Assembly: GCA_963765495.1 (NCBI GenBank)
Contig: CAVXWP010000001.1
Coordinates: 544,001 to 608,000 of the forward strand
From: Blastocatellia bacterium
Lineage (GTDB): Bacteria; Acidobacteriota; Blastocatellia; UBA7656
Direction: 5' to 3'
Length of the DNA: 64,000 nt
Both the position numbers and the translations under genes were made by a program. Position 1 is the first letter of the stretch. The number at the start of each line of letters is the position of its first letter. Shown one piece after another: positions 1 to 9,561 of this stretch. Below the pieces are notes generated by a model. That model saw nothing but the letters and a program-made list of their open reading frames with translations, searched no databases and was not told the origin of the DNA.

Positions 1-662
1 CCGTTCCGGTCGAGATACTTAGACAGTTCGAATCGCTTTTTGCCTGTCCGGTAGTCGAGGGCTACGGGCTGTCGGAATCAACCTGCCGCTCGACCTTCAA
101 CCCGCCGGACGAGCGACGGCGACCCGGCTCGGTCGGCCTCCCCATAGGCAACGAGATCAGAGTGTTCGACGACAACGATCAGGAGCTTCCCGTCGGACAG
201 GTCGGAGAGATTGTCCTGCGCGGGGCGAACTTGATGAAAGGCTATTACCTGAACGACGAGGCCACGAGCGAGGCGTTTCGCTCGGGCTGGTTTCACACGG
301 GCGACCTCGGTTATGCGGATGAGGACGGCTTTTTCTACATCGTAGACCGCAAGAGCGATATGATAATTCGCGGGGGCGAAAACATCTATCCGCGAGAGAT
401 TGACGAAGCGCTTTATCAGCATCCGAAGATCAAAGACGCGGCGACCATCGGCATAAGCGATCCCGTTTATGGCGAAGAGGTGAAATCCTTTATCGTGTTA
501 AAGGCAGGCGAGCAGGCATCCGAACAAGAGATCATAGAGTTTTGCCGCAAACGGCTGGCCGACTTTAAATGCCCAAAGACCGTAGAATTTCTCGAAGACA
601 TTCCAAAGGGCCCCACGGGCAAACTGCTCAAGCGAGAACTGGCTGACAGGAAAAAGGGCTAG
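1..662 (+). CDS. Long-chain acyl-CoA synthetase / AMP-binding enzyme, 5'-truncated by the window edge
   Basis: Frame is open from base 3 (…VVEGYGLSES…). Adenylate-forming motifs GYGLSE, FHTGDLG, DRKSDMIIRGGENIYP and PKGPTGK are present. Confidence 0.92.
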   Translation, partial: VPVEILRQFESLFACPVVEGYGLSESTCRSTFNPPDERRRPGSVGLPIGNEIRVFDDNDQELPVGQVGEIVLRGANLMKGYYLNDEATSEAFRSGWFHTGDLGYADEDGFFYIVDRKSDMIIRGGENIYPREIDEALYQHPKIKDAATIGISDPVYGEEVKSFIVLKAGEQASEQEIIEFCRKRLADFKCPKTVEFLEDIPKGPTGKLLKRELADRKKG

Positions 663-714
663 ACAAGATAAAATATGAATCTTGTTGAATCCAATCTAAT
701 CCTGATAATCCTGT

Positions 715-945
715 CTACTGTTTCGCCTGAATCCAGAGCAGGTGACCTACCCATATGGCCGCGCTCACGCAGAGGATAAAGATCGTAACGCAGGCCAGGA
801 ACTGGCCTACCCGTATGCTCTTTGAGCCGACCAGTTGCGGATTCCTCGCTTCGGCCCAGAGTATGGAATGAACTACAAAATAGGTCAGCACGTACCAGAC
901 GAAAGCGCCCGCAAACAGGCCTGTGATAGCGGCGATAAAATACAT
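715..945 (-). CDS. Small hypothetical membrane protein with two hydrophobic segments
   Basis: 76-aa ORF with two TM-like stretches; GAGG SD upstream; follows sixA on the same strand. Confidence 0.55.
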   Translation of the reverse strand: MYFIAAITGLFAGAFVWYVLTYFVVHSILWAEARNPQLVGSKSIRVGQFLACVTIFILCVSAAIWVGHLLWIQAKQ

Positions 946-992
946 CGAATACCCTCAAATAGGTCAAAAATTCAGACAGCGCCTCGCTTTTG

Positions 993-1502
993 TTAAAGCT
1001 TCGAGAGCAGGCGCAACTGTTTAGGCATAAAGAACCAGACAAGACTGCCTCGGAGCGCGGGCACCGTTTCCTTCACATTTATGCAGCAGACGCCGCCCTT
1101 TTTGACCTGTAAAGAGAGGCCCGTGTTGCCGTGCGCGATCCTTGAAATCAACTCGCCCAGATCAGGCTGATGGCCGACCAGGGCGATGGATTCGGCGTTC
1201 TTGTGCTTTTTGATTTCGGAAAACAACTCTTCCGCCGACGCGCCCGGCTTGAGGTTGTCGGTTCGGTGGATTTGCTTTTTATCTACTCCCAGCGCTTCGG
1301 CTATTATCTCTGCCGTTTCGTTTGCGCGGGCGAGCGGGCTGGTCAGGATAATATCGAATTCGATGCCGAGTTTGCGAAGCCCCTTTGCCGAGGCGCGCAT
1401 CCGGTCGCGCCCGTCGGAGGTGAGCACTCGCTTTTCATCTCTGAAGTCATTCTTCTTTCCGAGCGGCTGGGCAATCCCATGCCGTATCATGTACAGATTC
1501 AT
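993..1502 (-). CDS. sixA: Phosphohistidine phosphatase SixA
   Basis: MNLYMIRHG, LTSPLARANETA and LVGHQPDL histidine-phosphatase motifs. Start reassigned to ATG 1502 (GGGGAG SD); the longer track ORF runs into the IS. Confidence 0.9.
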   Translation of the reverse strand: MNLYMIRHGIAQPLGKKNDFRDEKRVLTSDGRDRMRASAKGLRKLGIEFDIILTSPLARANETAEIIAEALGVDKKQIHRTDNLKPGASAEELFSEIKKHKNAESIALVGHQPDLGELISRIAHGNTGLSLQVKKGGVCCINVKETVPALRGSLVWFFMPKQLRLLSKL

Positions 1503-1554
1503 CGAAAAACTCCCCCCGCGCAAGAATCCCTCATTATAGCGATAGCCTGCTCTA

Positions 1555-3172
1555 CCAGCAATTCTCGGTAAGGCTGTAAATGAAGAAAACAAGCCAAGAG
1601 GTGGATTGAGTTTTTGCGCTTTGCTATCCTTTGGCCTATGCGACCTCTTAAGAGCCTCACTCTGGATGCTATTATTTCCCGCTTCTCTCATGCCTTCTCT
1701 GCCTCTCCTGATTACAGAGATGCCGGTAAAGTCAACTACCCCTTGCGCGACTGTCTGATGAGCGGCTTCGCGATGATGTTTTTCCAACATAAGAGCCTGC
1801 TTGAGTTTCAGCGCAGGATGAAACAAAGACGCGGGCGGTCTAATCTTGAGACTATCTTCTGTGTTAAAGATATTCCTTCTGACTCTCAGATGAGAGAGGT
1901 TTTAGACTCCGCTCCGACGCAAGATTTGCGTCGGCTTTTGCCGAGGCTGTTTGAGGATGTCAGACGAGCGGGTTGGGCAACCGATTTCAAGACCTTCATC
2001 CCTACTGGCCAAAACCAGGGCGACTACTACACGCTTATGCTTGATGGGACCGAGTACTTTCATTCTACAAACATAGAGTGCCCGTCGTGTTTGACAAAGA
2101 CTGACAAGAGTGGGCAGATACATTACTCACACTGTGTAGTGGCCGCGACTTTGGTTCGGGCCTCCTCGCATAGAGTTCTTCCACTCGATGTAGAAGAGGT
2201 TCAAAACACTGACGGACAACAAAAACAAGACTGCGAGTTGAATGCCGGTAAGCGACTCATAGAGCGGTTGCGTCGTGAGCACCCGCAAATGGAGATGATC
2301 GTTGGAGGCGATGATCTTTATTCACACGAGCCTTTTGTAGAACTACTTCAAAGCAAGCGAATCCATTACGTGTTGGTAGCAAAACCTGATTCTCACACAG
2401 AACTCTTTGAAAGGGTGGAAGAGTTGGCTCGTTTGCCTCAGTGTGAGCAAGGGGAGTGGGAAGAAGGGCCAGCCTGCAAGCGAAGGTACTTTCAATACCG
2501 TGTCGTGCGAAGTGTGCCCCTGTCATCATCTCGCAAAGTAAGGGTGATGTTCGTAGAAGTGTGGGAGAGAGACAAACAAGGAAGATTACTCTACCACAAC
2601 TCTTGGATAACAGATTTGGAAGTAGACATTGAGAACCTGACGGTGATAGTAGCGATAGGACGGTCGAGATGGAAGATCGAAAATGAGCACTTCAACGTGG
2701 CAAAGAATCACGGTTATGAGATGGAGCATAACTTTGGGCATGGGAAGAAGAATCTATCTATGGTCTTTTACTTGTTGAACCTGCTGGCATTTGTAGTGCA
2801 CAAGATAATAGAGAAGGGAGACCATCTGTATCAGAAATGTCGAGCGATGGAGACGCTGAAAGAATTGTGGAATGGGTTGAGGACCATCATGAAGACATTC
2901 CTGGTGGAGAGTTGGAAAGAAATGCTTATGATGTATATAGGAGAAGAAGAAGGCGATCCGTAAGCAGGAAAGGCTCAGGCCGGGGCCAAAGAGAAGCGGT
3001 CAGGAAAGCAAAAAGAGAAGATAGAAATGAGAAGAAGGGGAGGCAAACAAAGACAGAACGAGAAGAAGGGAAAGCAGGATGGTGGAAAGGAGAAGTTGTA
3101 TCCAAGTGGTCAATATCTCCACCTGCAACTCTGAGAGGCATTTTCATTGCCACTCTCACCAAGAATTCCTGG
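1555..3172 (+). mobile_element. Insertion sequence (ISNCY / ISAs1-like DDE type) with imperfect ~30-bp terminal inverted repeats
   Basis: Left end CCAGCAATTCTCGGTAAGGCTGTAAATGAA (from 1555) matches the reverse complement of the right end CCAGGAATTCTTGGTGAGAGTGGCAATGAA (ending 3172). Encloses one transposase. No clear target-site duplication. Confidence 0.85.
1638..2963 (+). CDS. DDE transposase
   Basis: DYRDAGKVNYPL N-terminus, LDGT, GDDLY, RSRWKIENEHFN and EHNFGHG motifs. ATG 1638 lies 7 nt after TGCTATCCT. Confidence 0.9.
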   Translation: MRPLKSLTLDAIISRFSHAFSASPDYRDAGKVNYPLRDCLMSGFAMMFFQHKSLLEFQRRMKQRRGRSNLETIFCVKDIPSDSQMREVLDSAPTQDLRRLLPRLFEDVRRAGWATDFKTFIPTGQNQGDYYTLMLDGTEYFHSTNIECPSCLTKTDKSGQIHYSHCVVAATLVRASSHRVLPLDVEEVQNTDGQQKQDCELNAGKRLIERLRREHPQMEMIVGGDDLYSHEPFVELLQSKRIHYVLVAKPDSHTELFERVEELARLPQCEQGEWEEGPACKRRYFQYRVVRSVPLSSSRKVRVMFVEVWERDKQGRLLYHNSWITDLEVDIENLTVIVAIGRSRWKIENEHFNVAKNHGYEMEHNFGHGKKNLSMVFYLLNLLAFVVHKIIEKGDHLYQKCRAMETLKELWNGLRTIMKTFLVESWKEMLMMYIGEEEGDP

Positions 3173-3179
3173 CTCAAAG

Positions 3180-3209
3180 TTGACATAATGGCGCGCACTC
3201 TTCTAGCAT
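3180..3209 (+). promoter_or_regulatory. Putative sigma70 promoter of the MFS operon
   Basis: TTGACA (3180-3185), 18-nt spacer, TAGCAT; immediately outside the IS right end. Confidence 0.5.
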
Positions 3210-3221
3210 CGCTAAAAGCGA

Positions 3222-4478
3222 ATGGCTACGGCAAAAACCGATCAGGCTCAAACGAACGCGCAAGAAAACCCGTCACCGCGCGCGGGCGTGGTGATGGCTA
3301 TTTTATTGCTGATATTTTTTCTCGGCACAAGCGATAACCAGATGATCTCGCCGTTGCTTCCGCGAATCGCCGGAGAGTTCGGTCTGGAAGTCGGGCGGGT
3401 AGGAGAGATGATGGGACCGGCCTATGCGCTCGCAGCCGCATCGGCCGCGCTTTTGATCGGCCCCATCTCAGACAGATTCGGGCGGCGCAGGTTTCTGCTT
3501 TACGCCTCCCTCCTCTTCGGCTTTTCGCTCCTGTTGGTCTCTTTAATTCGAAACATTAACCTGCTGGTCGGGTTGAGGATGCTTACGGGGCTTGCCGCCG
3601 GAGTCTTTTCCACCTGCTCGATTGCTTATGTCGGAGATTTTTTCCCTTATGAACGACGCGGCGTAGCCATGAGCGTAGTGCAGGCCGGATATTTTCTCGC
3701 GCTTGTGCTTGGAGTTCCGGTGGCCGCGCTGCTGGCTCAATGGCAGGGCTGGCGTACGAGTTTCGCCTCTTTCGGCCTGCTTTCCTTTTTGGCGTTTTTG
3801 CTTGTGGCGCTGCTTTTGCCCGATGACAGGCATCAATTGAGCGATGCGGATGTCTCGACCCGTGTGGCTCGCCGGTTCGATAACATCAGAACCTCTTTCG
3901 AGGGCCGGGACCGCCGGGCTGCCATCGCGGCGGCCTTTTGCGTGTCGGGCGGGTTTGTGGGATTCCTCTTTTATCTTGGTTCGTGGCTCGCTACAAACTT
4001 CGGTCTGAAGACGGGACAGGTCGGGCTGTTTTTTATAGCCGTAGGGATAGCGGCGCTCATCGGCGCGCTCGTCGCCGGTCCCGTAGCCGACAGATTCGGC
4101 AAGCGGGGGCTTTCGGTGATCAGTTCGCTTGCGCTTGCCGTTTCGCTTATTTTGATACCGCGATTCGGATGGGGCATTTTATTGTTCGCGGGATTTCTTA
4201 TCGCGAGTCTCGCCTTCGCCTTTCGGCAGGGGCCGTTGCAGGCTCTGGCCACCGAACTTGTCCCGCGCCGCGCTCGCGGCTCGTTTGTTGCCGTCCGAAA
4301 CACCGCTTCTCAAACAGGCATAGCCGTTGCGACCGCCGTGAGCGGTCAGCTTTATGACCGCTTCGGATATGAGGCGGTGGGAATTTTCAGCGCCGTAGTC
4401 ACTATTGCCGCCGCTGTTTTCATTTATTTGATAGGAGAGCCGCAGACCGATGCGGCGAGGGGTGATCACCGATCATGA
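3222..4478 (+). CDS. MFS transporter
   Basis: About 12 TM segments; motif A GPISDRFGRRR and its repeat GPVADRFGKRG. Confidence 0.92.
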   Translation: MATAKTDQAQTNAQENPSPRAGVVMAILLLIFFLGTSDNQMISPLLPRIAGEFGLEVGRVGEMMGPAYALAAASAALLIGPISDRFGRRRFLLYASLLFGFSLLLVSLIRNINLLVGLRMLTGLAAGVFSTCSIAYVGDFFPYERRGVAMSVVQAGYFLALVLGVPVAALLAQWQGWRTSFASFGLLSFLAFLLVALLLPDDRHQLSDADVSTRVARRFDNIRTSFEGRDRRAAIAAAFCVSGGFVGFLFYLGSWLATNFGLKTGQVGLFFIAVGIAALIGALVAGPVADRFGKRGLSVISSLALAVSLILIPRFGWGILLFAGFLIASLAFAFRQGPLQALATELVPRRARGSFVAVRNTASQTGIAVATAVSGQLYDRFGYEAVGIFSAVVTIAAAVFIYLIGEPQTDAARGDHRS

Positions 4479-5443
4479 ACGCTACAACTGTACCCGATGT
4501 TGAAAAACCGCGCCCGCGCCGATGGTGGCGTATATTAAAACGCGTGCTGATAGGTCTTGTCATACTGGTTCTGATTCTGGTCTTTGGAGTCTTTCCCTAT
4601 CTGCTCGCCCGGCTCGTGACGGGCGCAAGCACGCGACCTATGGACCGGCGAGAAACCTCGACGCCCGCAGATTACGAAGTCCAGTACAAGGACGTTGAGT
4701 TTCAGACTCTGGACGGCGTAAAGATAAGCGGATGGCTGATTCCGGCGCGACCGGGACACGCGACGATCATCTATTCGCACGGTCTGTTTCGCTCGCGTCG
4801 GGAATTGTTGCCGCGAGCGATGGATATCTGTCGGCTCGGGTACGGAGCCCTGCTTTATGATTCGCGCAATCACGGCGAAAGCGGTCCGGCTCGCGTGACG
4901 CTCGGCTACAATGAAAGGCTCGATGCCGAAGCAGCGGTCAAATATCTGCAAGAACAGGTGGGAACAAAAGACCCCATAGTGCTTTTCGGAATCTCGATGG
5001 GCGCGGCAACGGCTCTGCTTGCCGCTGCCGAAACGCCCGAAGTGGCGGCGGTCATATCAGACAGTTCGTTCCTCTCTTTCAGAGACACAACCGATCATCA
5101 CATGAAGCTCTTTCTGCACCTGCCGAGTTTCCCCGTAGCCAATGAGGTAAGGTATTACATCGAAAAAAGAGCCCATTTCGACGGTGATAAACTCAACCCG
5201 CTCGAAGCCGTAAAACAGATGGGCAAGCGCCCCATACTGTTTATCGCCGGAGCAAACGACAAGCGGATGCCGCCCGAAATAGCCGAGACGCTTCGCAATG
5301 CGTCCGAAACCCCTGCAAGCGATCTGTTGATCGTTGATGGAGAAGGGTCCGAAATACACGGACATGCCTATCAGGCAAACCCACGGCTCTACATCGTCAG
5401 CGTAGCCAAATTTCTCCACGCCACGGTGGACGCAAATCAGTAA
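4475..5443 (+). CDS. Membrane-anchored alpha/beta hydrolase
   Basis: N-terminal TM segment; SHG, RNHGES, nucleophile elbow GISMG, C-terminal D and H; ATGA overlap with the MFS gene. Confidence 0.88.
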   Translation: MNATTVPDVEKPRPRRWWRILKRVLIGLVILVLILVFGVFPYLLARLVTGASTRPMDRRETSTPADYEVQYKDVEFQTLDGVKISGWLIPARPGHATIIYSHGLFRSRRELLPRAMDICRLGYGALLYDSRNHGESGPARVTLGYNERLDAEAAVKYLQEQVGTKDPIVLFGISMGAATALLAAAETPEVAAVISDSSFLSFRDTTDHHMKLFLHLPSFPVANEVRYYIEKRAHFDGDKLNPLEAVKQMGKRPILFIAGANDKRMPPEIAETLRNASETPASDLLIVDGEGSEIHGHAYQANPRLYIVSVAKFLHATVDANQ

Positions 5444-5518
5444 TGATGCGTGACGCGTGAATTTCAGGCAGATGAGTGTTAACAGCTTAATTTCTTGACT
5501 CACGTATCACGCATCGCA
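5444..5518 (-). repeat. Heptamer-armed dispersed repeat, family A copy 1
   Basis: TGATGCG/TGACGCG arm and TCACGTA/TCACGCA arm flank a core similar to the copies at 11925, 45284, 51180 and 53324. Confidence 0.7.
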
Positions 5519-5661
5519 GATGCCGTATACAATTCTTAAACTTGAACGCCCGGCTGTCACTGTGCGTTTTGTTTGAACCGCCGCCTCGTGGTAAACTGCG
5601 GTGGCAGGCGTTCTCAGCCACACACTGCCCCAATCTAGTTGCCTCTGTTAGGGAGGTGTTA

Positions 5662-6423
5662 ATGTCCGGGTTTGATATTCAAGCATTACTGCGATTCCAG
5701 CCGGCGCGTTATTATTGCGTCAAATGTCTGGCTCTTACCTGTGAGATAGCCACATCCGGCCCGGGCGTGGGCCGTACCCGCGACGGACGAGTAGAGTGCT
5801 CTGTATGTAAAGTCGAATATACTCCAACCTCGTCCTACTCGGCCTCCGACGTGGCCTCGTATCTGTCGGATATGAGCTACCACATAAGAACGGCAGAGAT
5901 ACTGAAGCAGGCTCAATTGCTTGCGGCCATAGCAAAAAACGCCCGGCGGCGCGATCCGAAATACCCGCCTCTGCGTTGTCTGCTGGAAGCCTTTTCGCGG
6001 GCGGAGAGCTTTATTCATTTCACCACGGCCAGCATAAGCCGGGTGCTGGTCGGAGCCTTGAAACTCACCGCGCAACGCATTCCCGTGCGCGGGGTAGTCA
6101 CAAATATCGACGCTTCGCTTCTGACCGAGTTGATGGATTATCGCGAGGAGGCTCCGGGGCTTTCGGTAAAAGTCCATTCGCCCGATGCGGACGAGACAAA
6201 AAGACTTCACCCGAACCTGATCGTGATCGACGGGCTTCTGGCCTTCAAGGGCCCTGCCAACCTTACGATGAGCGAATGGCGCAGAGCAGCACTGAAAACG
6301 GATCTTGAAGTTGTAGTGACCGATGTGGAAGAGATCATAGATCTCCATAACCTCTACTTCTCGCCCTTATGGAAGGGGATGAGCATGATCGGCGATACCA
6401 TAACTATGGATTTTCCGCATTGA
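5662..6423 (+). CDS. Zinc-ribbon + phospholipase D-like nuclease-fold protein with degenerate HKD motif
   Basis: CVKC…CSVC at the N-terminus; HPNLIVIDG…KGPANLT resembles HxKxxxxD…GSxN. Start set at ATG 5662 after GGGAGG. Confidence 0.7.
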   Translation: MSGFDIQALLRFQPARYYCVKCLALTCEIATSGPGVGRTRDGRVECSVCKVEYTPTSSYSASDVASYLSDMSYHIRTAEILKQAQLLAAIAKNARRRDPKYPPLRCLLEAFSRAESFIHFTTASISRVLVGALKLTAQRIPVRGVVTNIDASLLTELMDYREEAPGLSVKVHSPDADETKRLHPNLIVIDGLLAFKGPANLTMSEWRRAALKTDLEVVVTDVEEIIDLHNLYFSPLWKGMSMIGDTITMDFPH

Positions 6424-6464
6424 GTGCGTTTGCTCATTCACAACCGCTTGATTAAGATAGGAAG

Positions 6465-9356
6465 ATGCAAGACGACCCCCTCTTTGATGATTCGATAATA
6501 GATGTCAATCCACGAAAGCGCAAAATCTGGGTTTACATTTTACTGGTCCTGGTGGCCGCAAGCTTTCTGTTCGGCTCCGAGCTTATCGGCATCTATATAG
6601 ACGCGCTGTGGTTTTCCTCTCTCGGCTACAGCGATGTCTACTGGTACAAGTTTCGTCTGGGCGGGCTGCTTTTTGCCGCCTTCCTCGTACTGACTTTCCT
6701 GATTATGCGGCTGCCTTTTCTGGCCTTGAACCGCGTTCTGCCGCAATTGACCGAGCGTCCGCGATTGCGTCTGACATCGGTCGAAGACCTCAAGGAGATA
6801 AACTTTTTACCGCTCATCTACCGCCCCGGTGTGTGGCTGCTGTCGCTTGCCGTAGCGGTGCTTTCGGCCTTGAGCATGAGCCAGGCATGGCCTGCCTTTG
6901 CACTCTATTTAAACGGAGCCCCGGCCGGGGTGAGCGATCCCGTCTTTAACCGCGACGTGAGTTTTTACCTGTTCAAATTGCCGGTCTTTGAGATGCTCGC
7001 CGGATGGGTGTTGACCCTCGCCTTTATACTCTTTCTGGTCTTTACGGCGGCGGCCGGTTACGTCTGGTACATGGAAAAAGTCCAGGGTTTTGCGACCGCA
7101 GACACGCGCCGCCGCGCGACTTTAGCCATCAGCGTCGCCGGAAGTTTTCTCGCGCTTGCGTTTGCCCTTACAACATACTTTGATCGCTATGATCTTCTAA
7201 GCAGTCAGAACGATCTCTTCACCGGAATAAACTACACCGATGCAAATGTGCGGCTGCCCGCGCTGAATGTGATGGTAGTGGCGCTGATTCTGGTAGCGAT
7301 AGCGCTCGTTGTAAACGCAATCGTATTGAAGCGACCGCGCGTGATCGCGTGGGCCGCAGCCTTTGTCGTAGCCGTGTGGCTTGTTGGGATCGTAGCCATC
7401 CCGCAGGCAGTTCATTCATTTTCAGTCAAGCCAAACGAACTGGCTAAAGAGACGCCTTACATCCAAAACAACATAGAGATGACCCGGCGGGCTTTCGCCA
7501 TCGACCGCTTTCAGGAGACGCCTTTTCAGCCCGCGCCCACGCTTACGCCCGATCAGATTCGGGCCAATCAGTCTACGATTGACAATATAAGGCTGTGGGA
7601 CCCGGACGCCTTGAAATCGACCTTCAGCCAGATTCAGGAGATACGCACCTATTACGAATTCAAAGTTCCAGACATCGACCGTTACCTGATGAACGGGAAA
7701 CTGAGACAGGTGATGCTTGCGGCGCGCGAGATGAACGTAGAGCAGTTGCCGCCGCAATCCAAGAACTGGATAAATCAGCATCTGGTTTATACGCACGGTT
7801 ACGGCGTGGCGATGAGCACCGTAAACGAATTCACGCCCGAAGGACTGCCGCACCTCGTGTTAAAGAACATGCCGGTCGAAAGCGATGTGCCTGAAATCAA
7901 GGTCACGCAGCCTGAAATCTATTTCGGCGAATCGACAAACCTGCACGTCTATGTAAACACAAAACCGCAAGGCAGCACTCCTCAACCCGAATTCAATTAC
8001 CCGGCGTCGGATGAAGAGGCTTCCTACAGCATGTATCAGGGCAAGGCGGGGATACCCGTAGGGGGAGTCTTTCGCCAGTCGGCGCTGGCCTTTTATCTCG
8101 GAGACAATACCAAGCTTCTGTTTTCCGACTATATCACCCCGGAAAGCCGCGTCATCCTCCATCGCAACGTGAGCGAACGTGTCAGCAAGCTCGCGCCGTT
8201 TCTGATGTTTGAGTCCGACCCTTACATCGTCATCAACGGCGAGGGAAAACTCTATTGGATTATAGACGCCTTCACCTACTCGGATCGCTATCCGTACTCG
8301 ACCGGCTATCGCACAGGAGGGCTTGGCGTCAACTATATTCGCAACTCGGTCAAAGCGGTCGTTGATGCCTATAACGGCGATGTGACTTTTTACGTCTTCG
8401 AGCCCGATGACCCCATTATCAAGTCGTATGAAAACATATTTCCGGGGCTGTTTCACCCGCGCAGCGAAATGCCGGAAGACTTGCAGACGCATATAAGATA
8501 CCCCGATCTGCTCGCGGATGTGCAGGCCCGCGTCTATGCGCTCTATCAGATGCGAAACCCGCAGACCTTCTATAATCGCGAAGACCTGTGGGCGATTCCG
8601 GCTCTTGAAACTCAGCCAAACACAGAGCCTGTCCCAATGCAGCCTTATTACGTGCTGATGCAGTTGCCCAGGGAGGAAGAAGAACTCGAATTCGTCTCCA
8701 TCCTGCCCTTTACGCCCGCGGGCAAAGACAGAAACAACATGATCGGATGGATGGCCGCCCGCTCAAACCCGGAATATTATGGTCAGACTTTGATATTCAG
8801 CTTTCCGAAAAACCTGACCGTGGCAGGCCCGGCGCAGATAAAGGCGCGCGTAAATCAGGACGCGCAATTGTCGGGACAGATCACGCTCTGGAACCAGCAA
8901 GGCTCGCGCGTGCTGCGGGGCAATCTTCAGGTGATTCCCGTGGCCGACTCGCTGCTCTATATAGAGCCGTTTTACCTGCAAGCTGAGAACTCTCCCCTGC
9001 CCGAGCTGCGGCAGGTAGCCGTGGCCACGCAGGACCGTCTCGCCACAGGAAAGACGTTTGACGAGGCCTTGAGGTCGTTGTTCACAGAGCTGTCGGCGCA
9101 GACCCCGGCTCAGGTTGCGCAAGCAGCCGAGCAGCCAAAGCCCACACCCTCGGGGCAGCCCGCCCCGCCTGCCGGGAAGCAGGTTTCCCCGCCACCCGCG
9201 GCAACTGACGCGGCACGGCTCGCCGCTCAGGCTCAACAACTGCTCGCCGATTATGAGCGCCTGACCGCCGAGGGCCGTCACCGTGAAGCGGGCGAAAAAC
9301 TGGATCAGTTGAAGCAAACCCTTGCCGAGATGAATCGAAACCGGGGAGGCGGATAG
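6465..9356 (+). CDS. UPF0182 family membrane protein
   Basis: DALWFSSLGY, DPVFNRDVSFYLF, NIRLWD, HLVYTHGYG and NYIRNSVKAVVDAYNG motifs. Confidence 0.92.
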   Translation: MQDDPLFDDSIIDVNPRKRKIWVYILLVLVAASFLFGSELIGIYIDALWFSSLGYSDVYWYKFRLGGLLFAAFLVLTFLIMRLPFLALNRVLPQLTERPRLRLTSVEDLKEINFLPLIYRPGVWLLSLAVAVLSALSMSQAWPAFALYLNGAPAGVSDPVFNRDVSFYLFKLPVFEMLAGWVLTLAFILFLVFTAAAGYVWYMEKVQGFATADTRRRATLAISVAGSFLALAFALTTYFDRYDLLSSQNDLFTGINYTDANVRLPALNVMVVALILVAIALVVNAIVLKRPRVIAWAAAFVVAVWLVGIVAIPQAVHSFSVKPNELAKETPYIQNNIEMTRRAFAIDRFQETPFQPAPTLTPDQIRANQSTIDNIRLWDPDALKSTFSQIQEIRTYYEFKVPDIDRYLMNGKLRQVMLAAREMNVEQLPPQSKNWINQHLVYTHGYGVAMSTVNEFTPEGLPHLVLKNMPVESDVPEIKVTQPEIYFGESTNLHVYVNTKPQGSTPQPEFNYPASDEEASYSMYQGKAGIPVGGVFRQSALAFYLGDNTKLLFSDYITPESRVILHRNVSERVSKLAPFLMFESDPYIVINGEGKLYWIIDAFTYSDRYPYSTGYRTGGLGVNYIRNSVKAVVDAYNGDVTFYVFEPDDPIIKSYENIFPGLFHPRSEMPEDLQTHIRYPDLLADVQARVYALYQMRNPQTFYNREDLWAIPALETQPNTEPVPMQPYYVLMQLPREEEELEFVSILPFTPAGKDRNNMIGWMAARSNPEYYGQTLIFSFPKNLTVAGPAQIKARVNQDAQLSGQITLWNQQGSRVLRGNLQVIPVADSLLYIEPFYLQAENSPLPELRQVAVATQDRLATGKTFDEALRSLFTELSAQTPAQVAQAAEQPKPTPSGQPAPPAGKQVSPPPAATDAARLAAQAQQLLADYERLTAEGRHREAGEKLDQLKQTLAEMNRNRGGG

Positions 9357-9469
9357 CGCACGAGTCCCGGCAAACATGTGCGATTTTGCAAATGGCGACG
9401 GGGCTATTTCGGCTTTGGTGTATAATGTCGGGTCAAGCTCCGACCGAGGCAGATGACCGGAGCGGTTGC

Positions 9470-9498
9470 TTGACACTCATCAGTGCATAAATTAAGAT
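9470..9498 (+). promoter_or_regulatory. Putative sigma70 promoter upstream of the RodZ-like gene
   Basis: TTGACA-N17-TAAGAT. Confidence 0.55.
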
Positions 9499-9561
9499 GA
9501 AGAACGGTTTAATACTTCATTTTATTCACATTTCAAGGGGAGGGGAGATAGATCGGCTAAT

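Noticed and set aside
993-1826. 277-aa version of SixA with a long N-terminal extension
   Set aside because: The extension runs across the IS left end and antisense to the transposase; a good SD and the family start lie at 1502.
1548-3179. Target-site duplication around the IS
   Set aside because: The flanks GCTCTAC and GCTCAAA match only partly, so no TSD is claimed.
2837-3337. 166-aa Lys/Arg-rich ORF and its 90-aa antisense counterpart
   Set aside because: By-products of the purine-rich IS tail; they overlap the transposase, the IR and the MFS start and show no motifs.
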